This document shows, piece by piece, positions 22,542 to 36,600 of a stretch of 64,000 bases of DNA (position 1 is its first letter; every line of letters begins with the position of its first letter). The notes below the pieces were generated by a model. That model was not told the origin of the DNA, did no database searches, and saw only the letters and a program-made list of their open reading frames with translations. The position numbers and the translations under genes are program-made. The DNA is from Macrostomum lignano (taxonomy: Eukaryota): positions 25,872 to 89,871 of the forward strand of contig NIVC01002398.1 in the NCBI GenBank assembly GCA_002269645.1. The letters run 5' to 3'.

Positions 22542-25500
22542 TCATGTGCCAGTATTGAACACCGCTGCCCCGCCAGACGCATTGCACACGTAGAAGGTCG
22601 GCCTACGTTCCGGCGAAGCGTAGCCATCGTAGATGGCCTTCATCAGGTCGTCAACGTGACTGCGCTTCACCAGGGTGACGGTGCAGCCGCCGAAGCCGCC
22701 GCCCGTGATGCGGCTGCCATACACGCCCGGCTGCCTCTGGGCGATGTCAACCAGCAGGTCGATCTCCGGGCAGGAGACGGCGAAGTCTTCGCGCAGGCTG
22801 GCGTGCGACTCGTTCATGAGGGCGCCAAGTCGGTAATAGTCGGTGGTCTTCAAGCTCTCGATGGCCTGCTGGACTCGGGCGTTTTCGCTGATCACGTGAT
22901 GAGCGCGGCGCTTGATGGTCTGGGGTGGGCAAATCAGCGAGTGAGGTTAATGGCTGTTAATGTGTCCACTGCTGTGCCTGCATGTTTAATGGGATGTGTC
23001 CACTGCTGTGCCTGCATGTTTAATGGGATGTGTCCACTGCTGTGTCTGCATGTTTAATGGGATGTGTCCACTGCTGTGTCTGCATGTTTAATGGGATGTG
23101 TCCACTGCTGTGCCTGCATGTTTAATGGGATGTGTCCACTGCTGTGCCTGCATGTTCAATGGGATGTGTCCACTGCTGTGCCTGCATGTTTAATGGGATG
23201 TGTCCACTGCTGTGCCTGAATGTCTGTCACAACGTGTCCGCTGTATGTCTGCATGTTTATCCAAATTTGTCCACTGCTGTGTCTGAATTTCTGTCCGGAT
23301 GTGTCCACTGTTGTGTCTGAATGTCTGTCGGGATGTGTCCATTGCTGTCTGAATGTCTGTGGGGATGTGTCCATTGCTGTGTCTGAATGAATATCACAAT
23401 GTGTCCACTGCCGTGTCTGCATGTGTCTATCGCAGGATGTACCCGGTGGAACTCACCTCATCCTCAATGCCGGCAGCTTCCAGATCCTCCAAGGTGCACA
23501 GTCGCAGAGACCGCTTGCCCATGGCTTTGCTCGCAGCTTCGCACTGCTGCCGCCTCACAGGGTACTCGCTGCTGCCCAGATTGTGGCGCACATTTGAATT
23601 AGTAATCAGCACCACCACATGAGGATTCTGGAACGGCACCTGGGTGACTCGCATTGACTCGCAGTCGATGCACAGCAGGTGATTCTCTGTGGCCATGACG
23701 CTGACAAACTGGTCCATGATGCCGCAAGGAACGTTAGCGTACACGTGCTCGGCTTCCTGACAGGCCAGGGCCTTCTCCACCTGCAGCGGTTTGCGGCGAG
23801 TGTCATTGAGTTCACTCTGGTGCAAATTAACGTCAATTAACTTTTAATACCACTCAGCTGTACCTAATGTCTCTTCGATACATCAATCATGTCTCTCCGA
23901 TACATCAATCACGTCTTTCCGATACATCCATTATGTCTCTCCGATACATCAATCATGTCTCTCCGATACATCAATCATGTATCTCCGATACATCAATTAT
24001 GTCTCTCCGATACATCAATCATGTCTCTCCGATACATCAATCATGTCTCTCCAATACATCAATCATGTATCTCCGATACATCAATCATGTCTCTCCGATA
24101 CATCAATCATGTATCTCCGATACATCAATTATGTCTCTCCGATACATCAATCATGTCTCTCCGATACATCAATCATGTCTCTCCGATACATCAATCACGT
24201 CTCTCTGATACATCAATAATGTCTCTCCGATTTATCAATCATGTCTCTCCGATACATCAATCATGTCCCTGCAATACATCAATCATGTCTCTCTGATACA
24301 TCAATCATGGCTCTCCGATACATCAATCAAGTCTCTCCGATACATCAATCATGTCTCTCCGATACATCAATCATGACCCTGCAATACATCAATTATGGCT
24401 CTCTGATACATCAATCATGTCTCTCCGATTTATCAATCATGTCTCTCCGATACATCAATCATGTCTCTCCGATTTATCAATCATGTCTCTCCGATACATC
24501 AATCATGACCCTGCAATACATCAATCATGTCTCTCCGATACATCAATCATGTCTCTCTGATACATCAATCATGTCTCTCCGATACATCAATCAAGTCTCT
24601 CCGATACATCAATCATGTCTCTCTGATACATCAATCATGTCTCTCTGATACATCAATCATGTCTCTCCGATACATCAATCATGTCTCTCCGATACATCAA
24701 TCATGTATCTCCGATACATCAATTATGTCTCTCCGATACATCAATCATGTCTCTCCGATACATCAATCATGTCTCTCTAATACATCAATCATGTATCTCC
24801 GATACATCAATCATGTCTCTCCGATACATCAATCATGTATCTCCGATACATCAATTATGTCTCTCCGATACATCAATCATGTCTCTCCGATACATCAATC
24901 ATGTCTCTCCGATACATCAATCACGTCTCTCTGATACATCAATAATGTCTCTCCGATTTATAAATCATGTCTCTCCGATACATCAATCATGTCTCTCCGA
25001 TACATCAATCATGACCCTGCAATACATCAATAATGTCTCTCTGATACATCAATCATGTTTCTCCGATACATCAATCACGTCTCTCCGATACATCAATCAT
25101 GTCTCTCCGATACATCAATAATGTCTCTCCGATACATCAATCATGTCTCTCCGATACATCAATCACGTCTCTCCGATACATCAATCATGTCTCTCCGATA
25201 CATCAATCACGTCTCTCCGATACATCAATCATGTCTCTCCGATACATCAATAATGTCTCTCCGATACATCAATCATGTCTCTCCGATACATCAATCACGT
25301 CTCTCTGATACATCAATAATGTCTCTCCGATTTATCAATCATGTCTCTCCGATACATCAATCATGTCTCTCCGATACATCAATCATGACCCTGCAATACA
25401 TCAATTATGGCTCTCTGATACATCAATCATGTCTCTCCGATTTATCAATCATGTCTCTCTGATACATCAATAATGTCTCTCCGATTTATCAATCATGTCT

Positions 25501-28045
25501 CTCCGATACATCAATCATGACCCTGCAATACATCAATCATGTCTCTCCGATACATCAATCATGTCTCTCTGATACATCAATCATGTCTCTCCGATACATC
25601 AATCAAGTCTCTCCGATACATCAATCATGTCTCTCTGATACATCAATCATGTCTCTCTGATACATCAATCATGTCTCTCCGATACATCAATCATGTCTCT
25701 CTGATACATCAATCATGTCTCTCTGATACATCAATCATGTCTCTCCGATACATCAATCATGTCTCTCCGATACATCAATCATGTCTCTCCGATACATCAA
25801 TCATGTCTCTCCGATACATCAATCATGTCTCTCCGATACATCAATCATGTCTCTCCGATACATCAATCACGTCTCTCCGATACATCAATCATGTCTCTCC
25901 GATACATCAATCATGTCTCTCCGATACATCAATCATGTCTCTCCGATACATCAATCACGTCTCTCCGATACATCAATCATGTCTCTCCGATACATCAATC
26001 ATGACCCTGCAATACATCAATTATGGCTCTCTGATACATCAATCATGTCTCTCCGATTTATCAATCATGTCTCTCTGATACATCAATAATGTCTCTCCGA
26101 TTTATCAATCATGTCTCTCCGATACATCAATCATGACCCTGCAATACATCAATCATGTCTCTCCGATACATCAATCATGTCTCTCTGATACATCAATCAT
26201 GTCTCTCCGATACATCAATCATGTTTCTCCGATACATCAATCACGTCTCTCCGATACATCAATCATGTCTCTCCGATACATCAATAATGTCTCTCCGATA
26301 CATCAATCATGTCTCTCCGATACATCAATCACGTCTCTCCGATACATCAATCATGTCTCTCCGATACATCAATCACGTCTCTCCGATACATCAATCATGT
26401 CTCTCCGATACATCAATCACGTCTCTCCGATACATCAATCATGTCTCTCCGATACATCAATAATGTCACTCCGATACATCAATCATGTCTCTCCGATACA
26501 TCAATAATGTCTCTCCGATACAACAATCATGTCTCTCCGATACATCAATAATGTCTCTCCGATACATCAATCATGTTTCTCCGATACATCAATCACGTCT
26601 CTCCGATACATCAATCATGTCTCTCCGATACATCAATAATGTCTCTCCGATACATCAATCATGTCTCTCCGATACATCAATCACGTCTCTCCGATACATC
26701 AATCATGTCTCTCCGATACATCAATCACGTCTCTCCGATACATCAATCATGTCTCTCCGATACATCAATCACGTCTCTCCGATACATCAATCATGTCTCT
26801 CCGATACATCAATAATGTCTCTCCGATACATCAATCATGTCTCTCCGATACATCAATCACGTCTCTCCGATACATCAATCATGTCTCTCCGATACATCAA
26901 TCACGTCTCTCCGATACATCAATCATGTCTCTCCGATACATCAATCACGTCTCTCCGATACATCAATCATGTCTCTCCGATACATCAATAATGTATCTCC
27001 GATACGTCAATCATGTCAGTGAGGTACACCAATCATGTCACTCCGGTATGCGAGTTGAATTCCACTCACAGGCGTCACGGGATGATCGATAGGAAACAGC
27101 TGCTCAAGCAGAGTATAGGTGGCAACCTCGAGCGCGGCAGACGAAGACAGGCCCCCGCCAAGCGGCACAGTGCTGACAATAGCCGCATTGAACGCGCCGC
27201 ACAATCGTTTATAATTGACCAGCACTCCTTTCACATAGTTGGCCCACTCGACGTCCGGGATGCGTTGAGCCCCTTCGCGTCGTTCCTGTTTAGGATCGGG
27301 CACAGGAAAACTGACGCAGATGTCCTTGGGCGAGCCGGGCGTTAAGCGGGTGGTGACGTCCTTGCCGCCTGTGACAACATTGACCTGGCAAATAGGATGG
27401 ATGCATATAACTTAGAAGCATTGGGCTGTGCACCCTGGTGCACTTTAAGCGACATTGTCACACAACCGGCGAGGCGCATTACTGCCCATTCCGTAGACTC
27501 CCCTGAGCAGGCACACAAGCACGTGGATACGTACGCAGCAGCCATTTATTTATCGTTAGGCATGTACACTTCACTGTGCCTTGGGGGTTGGCCCATCTCA
27601 ATGGCGTTAATTACACGAGCAGAGCCAAGCCGAGATTTCAATTCAACCCCAAATTAATGTGACTGCATTTGGAATCGAGCCCGGGCCGCTGGGCTACGGC
27701 CTACCCCAAACACTACCTATGGATTGTATTAAAACGGCCCTTTTAAGGACTGCAACTAGCGGTATGATGAATTTTGCATTTAATTATAAGACTTTTCCTT
27801 CACGTAAGATTTCGGCAACCTACCACATTGCCTTCAATTCGTTTGCCAGCCATCATAGTAACCAGGGGCAGCGCCATCGGCAGCACAAACCCGTCATTAT
27901 AGTCAGTGTGCTCGCCAATGATGTTCACCCGGCCCGGCGCGTACACAACACTGTCCGGTTTGCAGCCAAACTCGCGCAGAAACAGACTTTCCACTTCGTG
28001 GTGCAGCTCTTCTAGGCTGGCTGTGCGGCCAAGGCAGTCTTCCAT
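22542..28045 (-). CDS. GALK1: Galactokinase (GHMP kinase family), ~412 aa; exons 28045-27824, 27384-27070, 23780-23457, 22919-22542
   Basis: Motifs [52 protein letters not shown]...[41 protein letters not shown] and [17 protein letters not shown]. All three introns are phase-0 GT-AG; total 1239 nt. Confidence 0.95.
22955..23430. repeat. 34-bp minisatellite filling galactokinase intron 3
   Basis: Unit atgtgtccactgctgtgcctgcatgtttaatggg, degenerating toward 23430. Confidence 0.93.
23868..27040. repeat. 22-bp minisatellite (~140 copies) filling galactokinase intron 2
   Basis: Unit atcaatcatgtctctccgatac, with recurring variant blocks. Confidence 0.98.
27420..27700 (-). mobile_element. SINE family 1 copy in galactokinase intron 1, with deleted tRNA-head interior
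   Basis: Colinear with 5215-5549. The head lacks the segment between two CGCTGG repeats. Confidence 0.8.
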
Positions 28046-28167
28046 GGTGACCTGCTCTGGTTGGCTGTAATGCGAACCAATGCCAGCTTATTGATCAGAC
28101 CAATTTTAACTCATTGTGTTGCTTTAATTAGAGTGGCTTTGCTGGCTGGGTCTGTCCGGAATATAGG

Positions 28168-28247
28168 CAGACAGACAGGCAGGAGACAGACAGACAGACA
28201 GATAGACAGATAGACAGACAGACAGACAGGCAGGCAGACAGACAGAC

Positions 28248-28282
<35 letters not shown>

Positions 28283-28301
28283 GGCAGACAGACAGAGAGG
28301 C

Positions 28302-28358
<57 letters not shown>

Positions 28359-28379
28359 GGCAGACAGACAGACAGACAC

Positions 28380-28422
<43 letters not shown>

Positions 28423-28455
28423 GGCAGACAGACAGACAGACAGACAGACAGACAC

Positions 28456-28526
<71 letters not shown>

Positions 28527-28551
28527 GGCAGACAGACAGACAGACAGACAC

Positions 28552-28602
<51 letters not shown>

Positions 28603-28605
28603 GGC

Positions 28606-28642
<37 letters not shown>

Positions 28643-28645
28643 GGC

Positions 28646-28682
<37 letters not shown>

Positions 28683-28733
28683 GGCAGACAGACAGACAGA
28701 CAGACACACAGACAGACAGACAGACAGACAGGC

Positions 28734-28766
<33 letters not shown>

Positions 28767-28767
28767 C
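28168..28767. repeat. (CAGA)n tetranucleotide array, ~600 bp, upstream of galactokinase
   Basis: Continuous CAGA with scattered CAGG/CACA variants. Confidence 0.98.
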
Positions 28768-29434
28768 AATCAGCCTAACCCAAAGGAATGAAAAAGAACA
28801 TATAGTAATTGTTAGTAGCGCGAATGAACCGCAAGGACAAAAAGCAGAGTGTAAGAAGCGCAAGTCACACTGTAGCAGTGAGTGCAGTATATTTGAGATG
28901 CGCACAGGGCCACACGGCAGAGCAGAACAGTTCAGTCTCAACTAAAATTTGCAATGCACAACAAATAATATTGACGGACAGGATGAATGGCTTTCAAAAA
29001 TTTGAAAACGCGATGCAGCTTATTATAATAAAGAAATAAAAATGGACTATTCTACGAGTAGAAATAAGCAATAAGCAGAATAACTAAAGTACAGAAAAGG
29101 TTATTGATTCTATAAAAGACTTCACTAACATATTTAAGCATAATTATTTACAGTAATATTAAAAGTGCACACAAAAACTTCGGTAGATGTAAAGTCACAG
29201 GTTTCAACGCAAAGCAAAAAAAACAACAATTTTTAATAGTTACGATAGTTATTTCTTAGTTCACAATTGAGTAAACAAGTTGAAAAATTAAAGAACAAGT
29301 TATATAAGACAAGTACATAAAACAAGCCAGTATAAAAACGTTACAATGTTTTTAAATCATAAGTTGACTCCTGAAGAATGCAAGCTTTTAAAAAATTGCA
29401 AAATCTTATTAAAACATCGATTTCAGATAGCCTC

Positions 29435-30260
29435 CACCGGTTAATCCAACATAGATATCGATTTCAGATAATCGATAAATCCAATAAAGATATCAATGTC
29501 AAATAATCGATAAACCCAATGAAGACATCGATTTCAGATAATCGATAAATCCAATAAAGATATCAATGTCAAATAATCGATAAATCCAATAAAGACATCG
29601 ATTTCAGATAATCGATAAATCCAATAAAATATCAATGTCAAATAATCGATAAACCCAATGAAGATATCGATTTCAGATAATCGATAAATCCAATAAAGAT
29701 ATCAATGTCAAATAATCGATAAACCCAATAAAGACATCGATTTCAGATAATCGATAAATCCAATAAAATATCAATGTCAAATAATCGATAAACCCAATGA
29801 AGATATCGATTTCTGATAATCGATAAATCCTATAAAGACATCGATTTCTGATAATCGAGAAATCCAATAAAGACATTGGTTTCTGATAATCGATAAATCC
29901 AATAAATACGTCGATTTCTGATAGTCGATAAATCCAATAAAGATATCAATTTCAGATAATCGATAAATCCAATAAAGATATCGATTTTAGATAATCGATA
30001 AATCCAATAAAGATATCGATTTAAAATAATCGATAAATCCAATAAAGATATCGATTTTAGATAATCGATAAATCCAATAAAGATATCGATTTAAAATAAT
30101 CGATAAATCCAATAAAGATATCGATTCTAGACAATCGATAAATTCAATGAAGATATCGACTTGAAATAATCGATAAATCTAATAAAGATCGATTTCTGAT
30201 ATTCGATAAATCCAATAAAGATATCGATTCAGGACAATCGATACATCAAATAAACATATT
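29435..30260. repeat. 35-bp minisatellite between XRCC1 3' end and galactokinase
   Basis: Unit gatatcgatttcagataatcgataaatccaataaa, with two ATCGAT palindromes per unit. Confidence 0.95.
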
Positions 30261-30601
30261 GATTTTAGTTAACCTGAATGCTGATCTAGCAAAAAAGTCT
30301 TTAGAAGTTTGTTTAAAATGCGTCATTACAGTACTGACGATAATTATTCTTACAAAATATTAAAACATTACGAACTATGCATAAGTAAGCTAACATACAA
30401 CACAAAATGACAATAGGGGATTTCCTAATTATATAGACACATTTAATTTAATATTAAACGCAAAGCAACACACATTACAATTAATAAACAAAAATGTACA
30501 AAACCTGTAAACTTTTACAAACGGATTTAAATAAATGTTGAGAATTACTGATAACACGTTGGTATCAAGTTGTTGGATTAAAAAACACAAATTTGATGGC
30601 C

Positions 30602-33600
30602 TCAGTTGGCCACCACCTGGTACTTGTGCGGCTGGCAATATTTCCTAGATTTCTCCAATTCAAATAGCCAGTCGGGTTTAACAAACATCACGTTGGCATT
30701 GTCTTCAAGGGCGTCGTCGAAATTTTTATCCCAAGCGTTTCTAGTGACGATGTACTTAACGCTTGGCCCGTTGTACTCATCTAAGTAGCCGTTGAAGGCG
30801 TAGATCACTCGCTTCAACTGACGCCTTTCGTCCAAATCGATTGAGTCGCCGTAAATAAAAAAATGCGAGCCTTTAAAAAAGTCCGGCAACTCTTCCGGTT
30901 TGTTGTCGGCTTTTTTGTCGTCTTCGATATCAGTATCGGCGTCAAATTCGGCGTCATTAGCAACGGGGCCCTTGGCAACGGTGTCCTTAGCAACGGCATC
31001 CTTGGCAACTGCATCCTTCGCAACGGCGTCCTTAGCGACAGAGTCCTTAGCAACAGAGTCGTCTTCTTCGCTGTCGCTAACTGGGCGTCGCGATTTGTTT
31101 GCAGTTTTTTTCGGACTACCGCTGGCGCTATCGCCGTCGCCCTTCTTTCGCCGAACAACCGACCAGCCGGCTCCGCTGTCGTCGCTGCCTTCATCTTTGT
31201 CGTCGCCTTTATCATCGACCTTTTTCTGCTTTCTCGGCGATCGTTTTGGCGGCGACGGGGTGGCGGTTTTCGGCTTCGGTTTTGTAGTCAGCCTCCGCTC
31301 TTCATCATCGTCGTTGTCTTCGGCGAAATCTTCGTCGCTGTCGCTGATCTTCGCTTTGGCGGCGGCCACTACAGCGGCCGCTCTGAGCGGCCTTGACGAC
31401 GGTTGCCTGGGCAACTGCGGCTTTTGAGTTTTCTTCTTTTTCGACGACGTTGAAGACGACGATTTTCGACGCTTCAAAGGCGACTTGCCGCCGCCAGATG
31501 ACGCCTTCTTTCGCTTCTTGCCGCCAACTTTGTAGTCGCTGTCACTGTCTCCAGCTTCCCTGTCGTCATCTTCATCTTCCGGCAACTCTTCATCGTCGTC
31601 TTCATCATCGTCCTCGTCAGCGCCGCCGCCGCCGCGACCGCGCCATTCTTCGTCGCTGGATTCGCCGCCCCGTCGACGCTTTTTCGACGCTCGCTGCGCC
31701 CTGGCCCGCTTGTCGTCCGCGTCGCTGTCTTCGTCGTCAAAATCGTCGTCGTTTTCTTCGCTGTCGCTGACGTCGCCTCGCTGGCGACGCTTTCTTGTTG
31801 ACGTTATCGCGGCCGTCGATCGCCGATTTTTGCTGCCGCCGCGGCGACCCTTGCCGTCGCCGCTGTCTTCGTCGCTGTCGTCGTCGGCGACATAGTTCGG
31901 CTTCTTGGCGGCCGCCGCTCTGGTGGGTCGGCCGCCGTTTCCAGCAGCCTTGGCGGCGAGATCAAAGAGTTGCCAATCGACTAAGCGGCGTTCTTTGTAG
32001 CACTGCTCGATCCATTCGGCTAGGACGATCTTGCCCTTGCCGCGGACCTGCGGTGGAGTCAATGCGGGCGATTCTCTTCGGGGTGGATGGGCGATTCTCT
32101 TTGGTGTGGATGAACGATTCTCTTTGGTGTGGATGGGCGATTCTCTTTGGTGTGGATGGGCGATTCTCTTTGGTGTGGATGGGCGATTCTCTTTGGTGTG
32201 GATGGGCGATTCTCTTTGGTGTGGATGGGCGATTCTCTTTGGTGTGGATGGGCGATTCTCTTTGGTGTGGATGGGCGATTCTCTTTGGTGTGGATGGGCG
32301 ATTCTCTTTGGTGTGGATGGGCGATTCTCTTTGGTGTGGATGGGCGATTCTCTTTGGTGTGGATGGGCGATTCTCTTCGGTGTGGATGGGCGATTCTCTT
32401 CAGGGTGGATGGGCGATTCTCTTTGCTGTGGATGGGCGATTCTCTTTGCTGTGGATGGGCGATTCTCTTTGGTGTGGATGGGCGATTCTCTTTGGTGTGG
32501 ATGGGCGATTCTCTTCGGTGTGGATGGGCGATTCTCTTCAGGGTGGATGGGCGATTCTCTTCAGGGTGGATGGGCGATTCTCTTTGCTGTGGATGGGCGA
32601 TTCTCTTTGGTGTGGATGGGCGATTCTCTTCGGTGTGGATGGGCGATTCTCTTTGGTGTGGATGGGCGATTCTCTTTGGTGTGGATGGGCGATTCTCTTC
32701 GGGTGGATGGGCGATTCTCTTCAGGGTGGATGGGCGATTCTCTTTGGTGTGGATGGGCGATTCTCTTTGGTGTGGATGGGCGATTCTCTTTGGTGTGGAT
32801 GGGCGATTCTCTTCGGGGTGGATGGGCGATTCTCTTTGGTGTGGATGGGCGATTCTCTTTGGTGTGGATGGGCGATTCTCTTTGGTGTGGATGGGCGATT
32901 CTCTTTGGTGTGGATGGGCGATTCTCTTTGGTGTGGATGGGCGATTCTCTTTGGTGTGGATGGGCGATTCTCTTTGGTGTGGATGGGCGATTCTCTTCGG
33001 GGTGGATGGGCGATTCTCTTTGGTGTGGATGGGCGATTCTCTTCGGGGTGGATGGGCGATTCTCTTTGGTGTGGATGGGCGATTCTCTTCGGTGTGGATG
33101 GGCGATTCTCTTCAGGGTGGATGGGCGATTCTCTTCAGGGTGGATGGGCGATTCTCTTCGGTGTGGATGGGCGATTCTCTTTGGTGTGGATGGGCGATTC
33201 TCTTCGGTGTGGATGGGCGATTCTCTTTGGTGTGGATGGGCGATTCTCTTTGGTGTGGATGGGCGATTCTCTTTGGTGTGGACGGGCGATTCTCTTCGGT
33301 GTGGATGGGCGATTCTCTTTGGTGTGGATGGGCGATTCTCTTTGGTGTGGATGGGCGATTCTCTTTGGTGTGGATGGGCGATTCTCTTTGGTGTGGATGG
33401 GCGATTCTCTTCGGGGTGGATGGGCGATTCTCTTTGGTGTGGATGGGCGACTCTCTTCGGTGTGGATGGGCGATTCTCTTCGGTGTGGATGGGCGATTCT
33501 CTTCGGGGTGGATGGGCGATTCTCTTCAGGGTGGATGGGCGATTCTCTTTGCTGTGGATGGGCGATTCTCTTTGGTGTGGATGGGCGATTCTCTTCGGTG

Positions 33601-36600
33601 TGGATGGGCGATTCTCTTTGGTGTGGATGGGCGATTCTCTTTGGTGTGGATGGGCGATTCTCTTTGGTGTGGATGGGCGATTCTCTTTGGTGTGGATGGG
33701 CGATTCTCTTCGGGTGGATGGGCGATTCTCTTCAGGGTGGATGGGCGATTCTCTTTGCTGTGGATGGGCGATTCTCTTTGGTGTGGATGGGCGATTCTCT
33801 TCGGTGTGGATGGGCGATTCTCTTTGGTGTGGATGGGCGATTCTCTTCGGGGTGGATGGGCGATTCTCTTTGGTGTGGATGGGCGATTCTCTTTGGTGTG
33901 GATGGGCGATTCTCTTCGGTGTGGATGGGCGATTCTCTTCAGGGTGGATGGGCGATTCTCTTTGCTGTGGATGGGCGATTCTCTTTGGTGTGGATGGGCG
34001 ATTCTCTTCGGTGTGGATGGGCGATTCTCTTTGGTGTGGATGGGCGATTCTCTTTGGTGTGGATGGGCGATTCTCTTTGGTGTGGATGGGCGATTCTCTT
34101 TGGTGTGGATGGGCGATTCTCTTTGGTGTGGATGGGCGATTCTCTTCGGTGTGGATGGGCGATTCTCTTTGGTGTGGATGGGCGATTCTCTTCGGGGTGG
34201 ATGGGCGATTCTCTTTGGTGTGGATGGGCGATTCTCTTTGGTGTGGATGGGCGATTCTCTTCAGGGTGGATGGGCGATTCTCTTTGCTGTGGATGGGCGA
34301 TTCTCTTTGGTGTGGATGGGCGATTCTCTTCGGTGTGGATGGGCGATTCTCTTTGGTGTGGATGGGCGATTCTCTTTGGTGTGGATGGGCGATTCTCTTC
34401 GGTGTGGATGGGCGATTCTCTTTGGTGTGGATGGGCGATTCTCTTTGGTGTGGATGGGCGATTCTCTTCGGTGTGGATGGGCGATTCTCTTTGGTGTGGA
34501 TGGGCGATTCTCTTCGGGTGGATGGGCGATTCTCTTTGGTGTGGATGGGCGATTCTCTTTGGTGTGGATGGGCGATTCTCTTCGGTGTGGATGGGCGATT
34601 CTCTTTGGTGTGGATGGGCGATTCTCTTTGGTGTGGATGGGCGATTCTCTTTGGTGTGGATGGGCGATTCTCTTTGGTGTGGATGGGCGATTCTCTTCGG
34701 GGTGGATGGGCGATTCTCTTTGGTGTGGATGGGCGATTCTCTTCGGTGTGGATGGGCGATTCTCTTCAGGGTGGATGGGCGATTCTCTTCAGGGTGGATG
34801 GGCGATTCTCTTTGCTGTGGATGGGCGATTCTCTTTGGTGTGGATGGGCGATTCTCTTCGGTGTGGATGGGCGATTCTCTTCGGTGTGGATGGGCGATTC
34901 TCTTTGGTGTGGATGGGCGATTCTCTTCGGTGTGGATGGGCGATTCTCTTTGGTGTGGATGGGCGATTCTCTTTGGTGTGGATGGGCGATTCTCTTCGGT
35001 GTGGATGGGCGATTCTCTTTGGTGTGGATGGGCGATTCTCTTCGGTGTGGATGGGCGATTCTCTTTGGTGTGGATGGGCGATTCTCTTCGGGGTGGATGG
35101 GCGATTCTCTTTGGTGTGGATGGGCGATTCTCTTTGGTGTGGATGGGCGATTCTCTTTGGTGTGGATGGGCGATTCTCTTCGGGGTGGATGGGCGATTCT
35201 CTTTGGGGTGGGTGGGCGATTCTCTTTGCTGTGGATGGGCGATTCTTTGGGGTGGATGGGCGATTCTCTTTGGGGTGGATAGGTGATTTTCTATGGGTAG
35301 AAGGGGGATTCTTTCTAGGTAGATAGGCGATTCTTTTTGGGGTGGATGGGAATTCTTTTTGACTAGATTGACGATTATTTAGTGCCCCTCAACCCAAAGT
35401 AAGCAAGCCAGTCTCACCTGGTTAAACTTAGGCGTATTAGCGAACGCGCACACCAGGTGGGTGCAGCCGGGCCCCCAGTCGGGCCGGTACTTCGCCCCCA
35501 TCTTAGTCGCTTTATCCCTCAGCTGTCCCCGCCTGGGATTCTGGTAGCCGGACATGGCGAACACCACACCTTTGAGCAGCTGGGAGAACTCCTCTCCCGC
35601 CACACTGCTCGACGAAGCCTTCTTATCGGCTGTCTTTTTTTCTCGGTCTCGCCGATCTTCTGCTTTTGCTGCTTTGTCTTTTTCTTCATCGTCTTCTTCT
35701 TCTTCTCCAGAAGATGCTTTGAACAGTTTTGGCTTAGCGGTTGCAGCAGCAGCAGCAGCAGCAACTGGCGTCTTCTTTTTAGCTTCCCCAGCGGCCTCCT
35801 CAGCGCCGCCCTTCTTCACCCTAGACGAGAACAAACCGCCGGGGCGGGTTATCGAGTCCTCAGAACCGTTCTTGCCGGCGGCCGGCTTCTTTTTGTCGTC
35901 TCCGACGCCATTTTTCTGATCGTCTATTTCGTCTTGGTCATCGTCGCGAATGGCGAAGTCGCCGGCCTGAGATTAGGCGAGAGGATTCTGTGTTCTCAAA
36001 AATGGGGATTCTGTGTTCTCAAAAATGGGGATTCTGTGTTCTCAAAAATGGGGATTCTGTGTTCTTAAAAATGGGGATTCTGTGTTCTCAAAGATGGGGA
36101 TTCTGTGTTCTTAAAAATGGGGATTCTGTGTTCTTAAAAATGGGGATTCTGTGTTCTTAAAAATGGGGATTCTGTGTTCTCAAAAATGGGGATTCTGTGT
36201 TCTCAAAGATGGGGATTCTGTGTTCTCAAAAATGGGGATTCTGTGTTCTCAAAGATGGGGATTCTGTGTTCTTAAAAATGGGGATTCTGTGTTCTCAAAA
36301 ATGGGGATTCCGTGTTCTTAAAAATGGGAATTCTGTGTTCTCAAAAATGGGGATTCTGTGTTCTTAAAAATGGGGATTCTGTGTTCTCAAAGATGGGGAT
36401 TCTGTGTTTTCAAAGATGGGGATTCTGTGTTCTTAAAAATGGGGATTCTGTGTTCTTAAAGATGGGGATTCTGTGTTCCTAAGTGGGGAATTCCGGAGGT
36501 TTCAAATGGGGAATTTCGGGGGTCTTAAATTCCCTATTATAATTTCGTGGTTTTTAAATAGGGAATTCTGAGGTCGCTAATGGGGAACTCTGCGGTTTTT

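Noticed and set aside
23867-27092. Many [13 protein letters not shown] ORFs; possible CRISPR-like regular repeat
   Set aside because: Head-to-tail 22-bp units with no unique spacers, inside a spliceosomal intron of a eukaryotic gene; no cas genes.
28111-28941. CLSV-repeat ORFs
   Set aside because: Translation of the (TCTG)n microsatellite.
31795-35326. Three overlapping >1000-aa plus-strand ORFs
   Set aside because: They are translations of a 23-bp stop-free minisatellite lying in XRCC1 intron 2 (antisense); the periodic peptide has no domain content.
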